Positions 31,301 through 42,758 of a stretch of 64,000 nt of DNA are shown piece after piece (position 1 is the first letter of the stretch; each line of letters starts with the position of its first letter). Location: assembly GCA_040954595.2 (NCBI GenBank), contig CM082579.2:2059908-2123907 (forward strand), given 5' to 3'. The notes under the pieces were generated by a model that worked only from the letters and a program-made list of their open reading frames with translations, did not search any database and had not been told where the DNA came from. This stretch comes from Balanoglossus misakiensis. Taxonomy: Eukaryota > Animalia > Hemichordata. The translations under genes were made by a program, and so were the position numbers.

Positions 31301-34300
31301 TTCCCTGATCACACTTGAGTTTATCCTAACCCATTTGCTGCACTCCTACAAGATGAGGGTAATAGCCATCCATTACCACATTTCACTTTCTTGACTGTCC
31401 TCATTACAGCAAACTGCATTTCAGGCACAGGTTTTCAGAAGAAGAAAAAATACAGGAGCCATTTTAATCCTTCCTCATTTAATAGCTACATGAAGCAGTC
31501 AGATTATTTTGGGAATTACATGTATTTCAATAAATTAAAACTAGATGTAACAAACAATACGTGCGCACACCATCTTGTTTTGAAGAAAAATCAACAAATC
31601 CATGTTTTTTCCTGTAGAATTATAGATTTGGCAGTCATTTTGACTTTCAAATGTCAATCAATTAATATAAAATTTCAGCATTTCAATATAAAATACTTTC
31701 CATTCATGCTTTATTTATTAAACATAAAATATAGAACTCTGGCATATTTGTCCACCTGGGTAAAGTTTGATTTCATGTCAATTTCCATAAAGCACAGAGA
31801 GGAATAGGATCACTCATTTTATTAATTCATGTAGTAATATATTATATATACATTGTACTACCAGGGTATGTTTTGAAACATTTTCAGTTACCATGTGGCT
31901 ATTGAGATCTTCCTACAATATAGCTCATCATCTCTCAATAGATAATTGCCCAATTGACTCATTATTAACATTTCATTATCTCTATATATATTTGAATACT
32001 TGAACAATACAATTACACTATTATTTTCAGTATTGTTGTACAGTAGATCAGTGATTTTGACTTTCATGATCTCAACCTGCCTACTCTCTTTCAGGGGAAC
32101 AATAACTCTCACTATCTGGAATTCACCATAATGTTTCACTTATCGGCTATAAACAGGTGATTTTCGCTTCAATATCTTCATCTACCTGACGATGAAAAAT
32201 AAACATGTCTGTCTGCCATCAAATAGAGATAAGAAGGGATTCTCCATTATCCAATAATGTCTTGTGCAGATTGTTTGTCTCCTGAACGCATCAGTCAATT
32301 ACCAATCAGGTGACCCGAGACGGAACATCACTTATGACGCTTACAGTTTTGGATGTAGCACGGCCTACAAAAGAACCTCACCACTAAGGAAAATTAGAAA
32401 TACACCACCAGGTAGACGCAGTATTCTTGCCCTGTGTCCATTTGCAACGATGATGTAATTAGTAATACATAAACCACACTCATTCCTAATGGAAATTCTA
32501 CACTGATCTGTAAAAATATGGCGTGTCTCTGACTTGTGTAACATTATTGATTTTTAATAGTGGAATAGTAGTTTGTATACATGTATGCTGTGTTCCTGTA
32601 TTCACAGATACTTATGTATTAGAACTAACTCAGAGTATTTAATGGCAAACCGAAGAAAGATGACTTTTCGGTGTGTTTGATAGATTATGTGGAGTGAATC
32701 ATTAAAGGTATACATGTAGTCGTGAACCTCTATTTTTTTTCAATTTATACGTAATTCCTCTTACATGATTTTCACACATCTGTATTCATAATTTTCCTTT
32801 GTGAATACTTTTACATCATTTCCGTAATTCATTTCTTATTTGGCAAACCATTATCAATTACTCCAGTCAGATTTTGAAATTAGATCTCCCTATGGACTGA
32901 TTAAGCAGACTGCAATCGACAGGCAGCTTTAGAAACAGCTATGTTTGTGATTAGCTGGACACCACGTAATCCACACACCAGCTTAGTAAGTGTAACAACA
33001 CATTTACAGATTGATAGATGTGTATTCTTAGTGTATTTTCACTTCCATAACGACAAGCTATAATTTGCTGGTTATAGAATTACTCTAACTAAACTGCAGC
33101 CAAATATACATACATGTACTAACTACATGTACGTCTTCAGATACACATGTACATAGGGGTATACATTAAATGTGCTGAATCTTGCCGGACGAGCTACAGG
33201 AGATGAATTACTCCACTAAGGGAGTCTGAAGCATTGATGAATCAGAGGTCAAATGACAACGAACCCTACATGCAATTTTGAGAAAAAGTCGACAATTCCG
33301 GCATAGGAAGATAATCGCATTAAAGGCAGATCACTCACTCACAATGTTAAAAGGCAGATACGTAACTGAATGATGCATATGCTTATCTATGATGAAATGA
33401 ATTAGCTTTTGACATGGGGTAAGTTGTACAGTACAGGGATGGCAGTGTGACTGTGAGGGTCTGACCTAATAAACCAGCGCAAGGGCCTTATTGTGAATTT
33501 CAGTCACGGCCGTGGAACTCTTGCCTTTTTTTTGATTATGCAAACATCAGAGGACGCAGATTAGGGAATCTGATCTCGCAGAAACCAGCATTTCTGTCTG
33601 TCTGGGAATATTTGGAGACGGCAATCCTATGCAAGAATATCCCGAAATACAAACAATGCTGGATGTTGATACAAAGATCTACTCCTAACTAATTAATAGT
33701 CAATATTGAACATTTCCTGAGAGACGGAGAAAACAAATGCTATAGAGAGTGGACCATCTCCAGGAAGTGACTACATTTCGTTTCCTTCGACAGAAGCTAA
33801 TGACGTATATTTGTGCGCACACAAAAATATATTGATTTGAAAATTGAATAGGGTCTTGTCCAAACAGTTTGTGTTTCAACACACGGGAGACACTCTTCAG
33901 TAGTTTCCTTGCCCACTGTATAACACATGTCGGTTACATGTAATTGACAGGGTGTCTCAGAAACTAATCATTTTTCCAGAAGACACTTACCGGCTTCTAT
34001 ACTCATGTACGTGATTTCTCTCTTTTATTAATGTCTTAATAAAGATGGAATGGTTCTATTTTAAAATTGTGTGTGTGAGAAATTTATGTTGTTCTGCATA
34101 TAAAACATCTTGAGCAATTGGGGCTCTCACCTACCTTGATATCAAGAATCTAGCCTTGCATTTGGCGAATGTGTAGAGGCTACTGGCAATCGCTAAACAC
34201 CCAGCTAGATTCTCGATAAATTTCTTGAATGAGTATGATTCCATAGTAAAAACTAGAAATCATGGTTCATGTTACACACATACATGTACATGTAATAACC

Positions 34301-37300
34301 ATGATATCATTTTATTTGGGTGAGCAAAACAAAATAAGCTACATGTATAAACACTGGTGGTTTGTCTGTCTTTTAATTCAAATCATTATGCAACTCCATT
34401 TACAAGAGATAGATGGATACAGTACTCTTCACAGGTTCCAATCAGTCAATTAGCAATGCTTCTCATATGGAAATAAGTACATACATGTATAATAGATATC
34501 CTGATGACCTTCAAGTGACCTCATTTGCATATGACCATGTACTAGTGCTTTCTGATCACGCCAGGCCAGATCAGTGATACATTGCACCATACAGTACATA
34601 CAGAAACAAAAGTCAGGCATTATAACACAAATGAAAAATAATAAAAAATATCACAAGTTATAAAAATGTAATTTTTGTTTAAAAAAAATAAAATACAATT
34701 TAAATTTAAAAAATTAAATTAAAACCTAGTGATTACACACACTCTAATTTAGTCTAATATCAGCAGGATACAGGTATTTTTAAAGACATTATCTCAATTT
34801 ATATCTGAAAAAGGCAATGAGAGCTAACTGCTTATCATCATGACTGTCAACCAAATGCCCAGCCATCAAGCGTCCCGCGCAAACAAATAATAATTTTTGA
34901 GCAATATTTTAAGCTCAGGCAGTACAGTATGCCAGCATTATATCCATACTTACAAAGGCTAAAGCTACATTTGCATTTGAATGTTGTATACAAAGGATTT
35001 CTTTCACATTGGTTTCCTTAATCTGAATCTAATGCTATTAATATCTAATGCTAATGAATTCACCACTTTCTTCTGCAGTCAAAATTGCAACACCGTAAGG
35101 AGAAAACATAACATTACAGAAAGCAAGCATGTTGGTTACATGTGTGTAGGACTGGACAATATGCCAGGGGCTGAAGGTCAGTCAGTGTAATGGACGTGTG
35201 GCCAAAGTTCATGTGGGGTCAACAGGAGGAACTGCCCCAGAAGGCATGACCCCACCACACATCATATCTCTAATTTTAAACATTCTATGGAATTAAAACA
35301 AAACAGAAAGCATTGTATGTGCATGTTATTATAGGCAGCACCTGCAGAAACTATATTTCAGATACACAACATATTTTCAGCATTTTGTTATTGTATTTTT
35401 CAAATAATAACAATCCCACACCAAATTATAAAGGTCGTATAAATTAAACACTGAAGATACCATACATAAAGTTTATATCTAGAGATACATTATATATATG
35501 TTTAAATGCCTCAGATATTTCATGTTGAAAAAAATAACTAGGCCAAACCCAGCCATCCCATGAAAATTATACAATACCGTATTCACGTCATTCTCATGAA
35601 ATATTGATGTGTTTGGAATAAAGCCAGCTGCAGTGCCTGTAAAAAGCTAAGTATACATGCAGATCGTCTGCCCATAAATGACACACTTCCAGACTTTGCC
35701 ATCAATCTCTAACTTACACAGGTTCACATATATTTAAGTGTATAAAACACGGTAGCACTGTACAAATTGTATTGTTACTTGTTCCATACTTTGCCAACAC
35801 AGAACCCAGTATGTGTAGTCTGTAATTTCACAGCCAGCCTCCCCAGGAAGTTTCCCTTTACAGGAAGGGGTAATCTGATCTCTCTTGGTGTCAGTGTGAC
35901 CCAGCGACCTCCAAGGTCATCTCTGTTGACGGAAATGACCAGCCTGCACAGTAGCTCTTTCACTTTCATATCATATTTCCATCCACTCTATTATGTTTTT
36001 ACTAAAGCCACATCATGTTTTTTTAAAAACTTCCGGGAAAAGTTCTGTGGCGTTTGCCGGAATTCCTCCAACCTTCCAGGAGACATTCTGACCCTGTGAC
36101 AGGCAATTTCAATCTCTCCAAGCAAACATTGGTACCCCTGAGACTCTCTGTGATGAAGTCAATTGATTTGATTCTTGTGCAACACAAAGAATTTTGTGTG
36201 TGAAAATAATTGGCAGTATAGCCAAAGAAGAAAAATGTGACCCAATCTCTACTTTTCATTATCATTTTAAATAGAAATTTCCTCTCAATTTTTTTAATTC
36301 TGTTCATAAACCTTGATGAGACTAGTATAATATTTATTACACCATCTTACTCTGCTATTTATAAAAAACCACTGTTGTATTACTTTATCTAAAATTATGC
36401 AATCTGCAGCTAACCATTTTTATCATTCCCCAGGTCCATTTGACAGATATGTGAAACACGTTTGCCATAATTCATGTAAGTATGCTGCTTTCGTTTGGAC
36501 TGGGTCATAAAATCAAATCAAACTGTTCCATGCTACATTCCACAAATACATGTTACAATGTAGATAAGCCATGAATTTAACTCCAACAAATGCTCCCCCT
36601 CACACATAAGTTTAGCACAGAAAAGCAAAAGTAGACTCCTTTACAAATTAACCAGGTTTTGAAGAAAAAATCAATCCGTGTTCATTATGAATTTCTAATC
36701 AAACTGCTTCTTGCAAGTTGAATTTCAGTTTCTTTCCAAATGGTCTCCGCCACGTCCGAATATATTTTACCTGGGCAGACCTGATTAAAAATCGGAAATT
36801 GATGTTTGGCGAAACACTGGTGTCGCTTTCATTACTGTCGGCCACATCTTATTGTGTGTGGTGAATGAATGAATGAACGGCGCGGCGGTGCCCTGCGTAC
36901 AGACAAACTGCACTGTTGTCCAGCCATCGGTTTGCCTGTGCGCAGAGGCGCCCCTTATACCTTTTTAATCATGACTGGTGAGTAGGTGTGCCAATTAAGG
37001 TTACGGTAGCGCAGTCACGCAGTACAGGGACATCAATGCTTCGTTCTACAGTGCAGACGGTAAAGCGTTGAAATAAATCGTAATGCGCCCCGTCGTAGAA
37101 CATTGTGTACCTGAACTGGTGTTAATCGTATATTAAATTTCAATTTCTGGAAGGGTCGGACGCCAGGGTTAACTGCATACACCCTACATAATTTTGAACG
37201 CCGTGCGGTTATTTTGAACTCACCAGATTGAGAACGGTATCCACAACATCCTTATTGGCAATTTCCCCTACTTCGATAAGTCCGATAAGCACAGCGAATT

Positions 37301-37394
37301 TCATTTTCGCGGAACAGTTTCCAGAGGCCGGCATATTGGCAGCGAAAATATCCTTTTTCTTCGGTGGCCCACCGCTAGCGTCGCCCTTTTCCAT
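496..37394 (-). CDS. NBEA: Neurobeachin/LRBA-family BEACH protein, 5' part (25 coding exons; gene continues off the left edge)
   Basis: Exons in transcript order, all GT-AG with compatible phases: 37224-37394, 13707-13811, 11400-11526, 10846-10946, 10499-10594, 10046-10167, 9612-9738, 9199-9318, 8862-9008, 8067-8264, 7599-7741, 6380-6488, 6046-6198, 5654-5822, 4889-5031, 4678-4775, 4423-4515, 4128-4236, 3924-4005, 3707-3830, 3258-3450, 1599-3106, 1165-1318, 864-1044, 496-659. Diagnostic NBEA/LRBA peptides: [18 protein letters not shown]|[40 protein letters not shown] (ConA/LamG-like region), [65 protein letters not shown]. Probably the single invertebrate NBEA/LRBA co-orthologue. Confidence 0.96.
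1599..3106 (-). CDS. NBEA: Large 1508-nt neurobeachin exon with acidic and Ser/Thr/Gln-rich low-complexity region
   Basis: Lies within ORF 1532-3145. CAG acceptor at 3107-3109, GTATGT donor at 1598. Conserved ends (VSFEDHK; [35 protein letters not shown]) flank an E/D/S/T-rich interior. Confidence 0.93.
5929..5970. repeat. (CAT/CAC)n microsatellite in an NBEA intron
   Basis: Directly visible trinucleotide run. Confidence 0.9.
16266..16324. repeat. (CAT)n microsatellite, about 19 units
   Basis: Directly visible perfect run. Confidence 0.95.
37224..37394 (-). CDS. NBEA: First coding exon of the neurobeachin/LRBA gene (57 codons)
   Basis: ATG at 37394 (MEKGDASGG...[27 protein letters not shown]) and GTGAGT donor at 37223. 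Joins in phase 0 to LVGGEFDME at 13811. Confidence 0.9.
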
Positions 37395-37503
37395 GATTAG
37401 AACGTCTTCCGAGACTCGTACACTCAATGAAATGAAATTTAAAAGACAAAGCGATGAGTAGCCGCAATTTTTCTTCTACCTCCGGTCAAATCTGACAACC
37501 TGG

Positions 37504-37514
37504 GCCGCCATTTT
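37504..37514 (-). promoter_or_regulatory. YY1-type motif (AAAATGGCGGC) near the presumed NBEA transcription start
   Basis: GCCGCCATTTT on the plus strand, about 110 bp upstream of the first coding ATG, in a CpG-rich stretch. This motif is typical just downstream of housekeeping TSSs. Confidence 0.5.
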
Positions 37515-39346
37515 GGATGTCTAGTTGCTTATTTCTTTTCTCCACGTACATCGGTGTAGAGGGCGTACTTTTATCCCTCGTGTCACCGTGTCAGAGTTTT
37601 CTTCAGAACCTGGTTAATTTATAAATTAGTCTAATTCGGTATTTATATATTTAAAAAAAAACGTACGGGGTGTCTGAAAGAAAAAAAATCTCGTGCGCAT
37701 AAAATAGTTTCCTGTAATCAATGCACGGGAAACTTATACACACAGGAGGGTGCGCACAAGATGAAAACTATTATTTGCTCCCTAAAACGTCGATGTCCCT
37801 TTACTAGTGTTCATAGTATTTACAAAATAACGCACTAAAACAATTGAAGTTTAAAAATAAAATCGTCCAATCTTTTGAATGTGCTATTTTTTCCATTTCC
37901 GTATTTTTCTGAACCAAAAAAGTACATTGTTAATTTGTTCGTTCTTCCTGGCATCTGGTCCTAGAACGTTTGTGTGTACCATTAGCAGTACGTATATGCA
38001 TCTTCGTCCAGTTTCAACCTTCCATGGTCTTCATGATCAAATTGGTTGGCGAATTACAAGTCACACACAAGTTCTTTGCAGCCGAGTCCGGAAATAAAGC
38101 TTCGCAACTTTTTTCGCGCCCTCGCTCAACCGGTGACGGTGGAGTCCTTTCTTGGGTTCCTTCTGTAAAATTTGGTTCACACTCGTCGACTTCATTCCCA
38201 TCTCGCTTTTCTGTTCGTCGTCTCCGTTGGCGACTGAATAAAGTTGCATTAAAAGCCGGGTTGTACACATAAACTTCTACCAAAGTTTGTCGTCACGTAG
38301 CTGTTGCGGTGACATGCTTTTGTTCGGTGCTCGCTCCTGAGCTTTCTTGGAAATTGTTTCCAAGAATCATCTACACGTCAGTATCTAGCCTTGGACACAG
38401 TCGCGCGCACCAAAAAAGGCCGTAACGGCGAAAGTTATAACACAGTCTGTTTTGGCTTTGCTCACTCTCTGCTTCCATGGCCAGTTTCGATCATCACACA
38501 TGCATCACACTGGTGGAGATTTTTCATCAGGACATTCTGGTGGTTTGTGCCCATGTTCTCTGCACTGAGATAGAACACTTTCGCTCTTCCTTGAACCGAA
38601 TAGAAAATTCGGATGCTGCAGCTTTTTTGTCTACACCGCTGTCACAGACGCACTTCATCTCAACAAAGTTACTGGGAATTGGCTTTTTCAAGTTCTTCAC
38701 GTAGAAATAAACACAGCACCGTCGTCTGGATCCGTGATGGTGTTTCTGAGACCAGTGATCGCAGAATGAGTCTAAAAACTGTCGACAGCAGCGTCCGTTA
38801 CGTGAAATGGGATGTCGTGCATTGATATTCTAATGTCAGTCAGGATGGACTTTTGCATATCCATTGTTTACTTTCAAGTGATAATTATTTTTTTTTCAAA
38901 CTGGGTTGCCAGCTGCATTTCCATGATGCACCATTTTCAAATCTTTCGCGCCCGAATACGCATGGGACAGAGATACTGTTACCTGACAGGAATAATTCTT
39001 TCACTGGGCTAAACTTTTTCGGGGCGCACTGTGTCAATGTGCTTTATTTATTTCTTGGAAAAGGTGGAACAAATAAAAAATCACCTGTTCCTATTACACT
39101 GTTCATGATCGGATATTGAAATTCGTATAAACAGCTCAAAAATCCGATGTTACTATTACACAGACAATTTCTTTTCGTCAGTGGTCATTGAAAGATTATA
39201 TAACAATAACACACTCTTCGAATTCCTTGATTCAGAAGCAGACAAGTTTTTGGCCTGTGAACTGTATGTATTGTCAACATAGAACAAGAAGATGCCAACG
39301 ATAGCGGGCGCCTTTTGGTCGTCGCAGCCAGGACTGAGTGCATAAA

Positions 39347-41071
39347 TCACAAGATGGTGATGACCGAGGCACCAGTCAGCCTTCTCTCCAGTTCCTGGTC
39401 GATGCAGGTTCTTATTTGCTCATTCTTGACCATTTGGCTCCTGACCTTGTCCCACACTTTGACAAACGCCGCCAAGGTCCGCACGCCTAGTCGGAGTAGA
39501 TCCGATTGTAGTTTCATCATATCTGCTTCCTGTACATGAAAGCAAAAAATTGTGACATCATTGTCCTTACAACGAATCTTTAAAAAACCAAAACGAGAAT
39601 CTCACCAACCCACCAGAAAGAGACAAATATTCAACATATCTGTGTAAATTTATTTCACTTCATATTGCTGTGAGAGCAAAGTGTTAACGTTATATATTAT
39701 AAAGTCATGAAGAGTTTCCGTTTAATGTTATCGTTTTAAATTTACCAAAAGCGAAAATTTTACTTACAGGTAAGTCCCGGTTGTTCTCTATGATCTGGGC
39801 GAAAAGTATTTGGATAGGGCAATCGCTGACAGAATTTCTTGATACTGAAAACGCAGAAAAGAAAAATGGAGGAAATAATGAAACTTCAACCACCCCGAGA
39901 ACGAGTGCAGATTGATAGTGAAGTTTTCCAGAGACAAATGACCGAAATGTGGCAGGCAACTCTACACGTTTCTCTAAGTGGGCCCGTCCATGTCTCATTT
40001 GCTGAAGAGGGGAACGAAGATTAACGGAAGTTAACTACCTCGCACGTTTTGATACGCCGGTGCTCTCGCCACTGACGACGGCCGCGGCAGCGATTTGTCA
40101 AAACTGAACGTTGCGCTGGAGACGCTCAAATTGCTGCTCTGCCTTGAGAGCGGTGTCTGTGACGTCATCCGTTGCGTGGCAATTTTCACAAAGCGTTCAG
40201 CTGCCACCAGGGAGAAGTGGAGAATCCTGAAAACGTCCAGTTCGATGTTGGGATCTCGCTCGTTGTGGTCCGGCGTGTAGTTGCGGATGAAGAACACGGT
40301 ATTCTTGGCACTTGTAGTTGATGCCGAAACAAGGTCCTGTTAAAATCAGAAGAAAACCTTCAAATTGTAATAAAATCTTCTTTGCATTAATTCAACAAAG
40401 ATTCGTTCCTTTCCGTGCAATCTTGTGAGAGAGAAAGAAACAGGCGCATCCCAAAATGTAATTTCATTTCGATTTAACTACCTATTAAAACTTACAACAA
40501 TTTTCTTCCTTTCTTCCTCCGTGGATATTCGATCCTTGTGGGTGATTACTATAACGGGTACAATTCCTGTAAAACGAACGACGAAAGTCTGCGTTGAGAG
40601 GAAATCACATTAATTTTGAACAAAAGAGGTTCTGGCGGCCGAGGACATTTTTGCGCATGCTTTGATTCGTCCAGCAGAAGAGGAATGACCATAACACTAA
40701 CAAAACACGGACGACTCACCCCTTTCTTTCAATATGTCTCTGAATTCCAAAAGAGCTTCCTTCAAAGTGCCATTTCTAAGATATGGATCCATTGGGTTGG
40801 TGCAGCAAATCACACCATGGATGCGATTTACAAGCGGCTCCTCTAGTTTACTGACGGCGCCCGTTTTACATTTCTCGAAGTCGACAATCTCACCCGGCCG
40901 AATGTTACCATCAAGAACATCTCGTATTGTTGCAAAGGTCTCCTTGCTGACCTGCTGGAAGCCTCGTATATCGACCAAGCTGAAAGCGCAAATACCACCT
41001 AGGTAGTCTTGAAGACGGATTGTACCTTCGCCGCCACTGTAAACTTCACAAGAACCTGATGAAAGATGGTT

Positions 41072-41118
<47 letters not shown>

Positions 41119-41727
41119 CCACCATGAATGCTACAACTACCACACCATCACACTAATTATTCTCCACCACCACCACCATCACCAACAGAGCCGCAAAATA
41201 CAACCACCACCACCATCCTATAATAGTTATAAGGAGTCCTTACCTTTATTCGTGATTTTAATAGTTCTCTCACATGTGTTGATGAAACTGCTTTTCCCGG
41301 CACCAGCTGGACCAATAAGAGCAATTCTCAGTTTCGATTTTGGGTGCGTAAAATCCGCGACATCTAAAGAACTAAAACTCCCCAGTCCGTGTTTTTCACC
41401 GAATTTGTAGTCCAGGATGGCACGCCTTTGAAGCGCCGCCTCGCAGAACAAATCATTGTGACGATCCTTTCGTTTTACAAGTTCGGCTTCTTTCAGTTGT
41501 CGTTCGTTTTCAAGTTGAAGTTTGGTCTTGTGTTTGGCTTCGGCTTCGATCCGCTTAGAGTTGTCTAAGTACACAACTCTCTTTGTAGTTTGCTGAAAGT
41601 AGAGTAGGCAGGTGACGTCGATAAGTTTTTTTATCAGTGCTTTCCGACAAGAAGGGTCGAGAGGTTTATCACCAAATGAATTCCAAAACTCTAAAGACAA
41701 ATTTATCGGAGTTTGAGTTCCATGCAT
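39347..41727 (-). CDS. Gene A: IFI44-like P-loop GTPase with C-terminal SAM-like domain (about 482 aa from the first in-frame ATG; true 5' end uncertain)
   Basis: Exons 41244-41727 (frame open to 41892), 40720-41055, 40496-40566, 40039-40336, 39768-39844, 39347-39529; all GT-AG and phase-compatible. Motifs: LRIALIGPAGAGKSSFINT (G1), GGEGT (G2), LVDIRG (G3), RIHGVICC, GIVPVIVITHKD (G4), FFIRNY..E.DVFRIL..AERFV, matching the IFI44/IFI44L family pattern. Confidence 0.85.
41073..41218. repeat. (CAT)n/(CAC)n compound microsatellite in a gene A intron
   Basis: Directly visible; lies inside intron 41056-41243. Confidence 0.9.
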
Positions 41728-42758
41728 GTTTCTAACATCTCTGTCAAAAGAAGACCATTTGACAGCTTTGTCACAAACGTGTGCAATGGCCGTTTCAGGG
41801 TGTCGATTGAAACACAACTTGTGTTCCTTTTGATACTTGCACAAGAAGTTGACAGAAAAGGAACGAGTACCCTCACAAATGTCGACGATTTTCTAAACTT
41901 TGACGTTGACCATGTTAAATAATGATCTGGCTCACCAGCCTGTATACATGTACGTGCTCAGAAATATTTTCATTCACTATAGGCACTGCAAAAAAATATA
42001 TGTTATAAACCTGCACTGTAATTGTATTTGTTAGCATTCAACTACGGCTCAATTCACCTACCTTATTTCCCATGTCGTCGACGGCACTCCTGCGTCACGT
42101 CGTTGCTAGAAGGCGGAACTACAAAGCGTTTGTCTGGTTTGACAATACGTGTGCCTCTGGGTCGTATCAGAGCGCTGTGAAGTGACCCTTGTCCCAACCG
42201 TGTTTATCTCAAATATCTGGGTTGAGCTGGGCTTGGCTGGAATGAGCTGAGCTGCTATAAATATTCCAAAGTTGTATTTCAAGTAGACAAGTTCACTTAA
42301 TTTGTGTTCTGACTTCCTTCCATCTAATTTATTAATTAATTAATTTGAACGGAATACTATTTTAAATCTTCGAAAAGTGTCAGAAATGATACTCGAAAAT
42401 AAAAGACCAAACGCAGTTCCCATTTCCCTGTTTGATGCATCATTCCAAGTTAATATATAAATACATGAATGTATATGATAAAACACCATTCTCTTATTTT
42501 TTTTAAATCCGGTCTATTTGTTTAGCCAAAATAAATTAGTAACACAATGTTTATTGTTGATCAAATCATTGATTGAATTTGGTACAGGACACTTTACACA
42601 GCTCACTTGTTGTGAAGTAAACAAGTCGTTGTGCATCGTTGACAGGTTAAGCAGGGTCAAAGGTATGAGCTAGAGTTTCCGCACGAAACAATGACAAGAT
42701 ATATACCGGCTATATCAGGAAACACACACGAAGAGTGAACACCCACAGAACAGGAGAA

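Noticed and set aside
13812-37223. Nested MAB21-like gene, as known within NBEA/LRBA introns
   Set aside because: No long ORF or Mab-21 motifs here; the known nesting intron is much further 3', outside this window.
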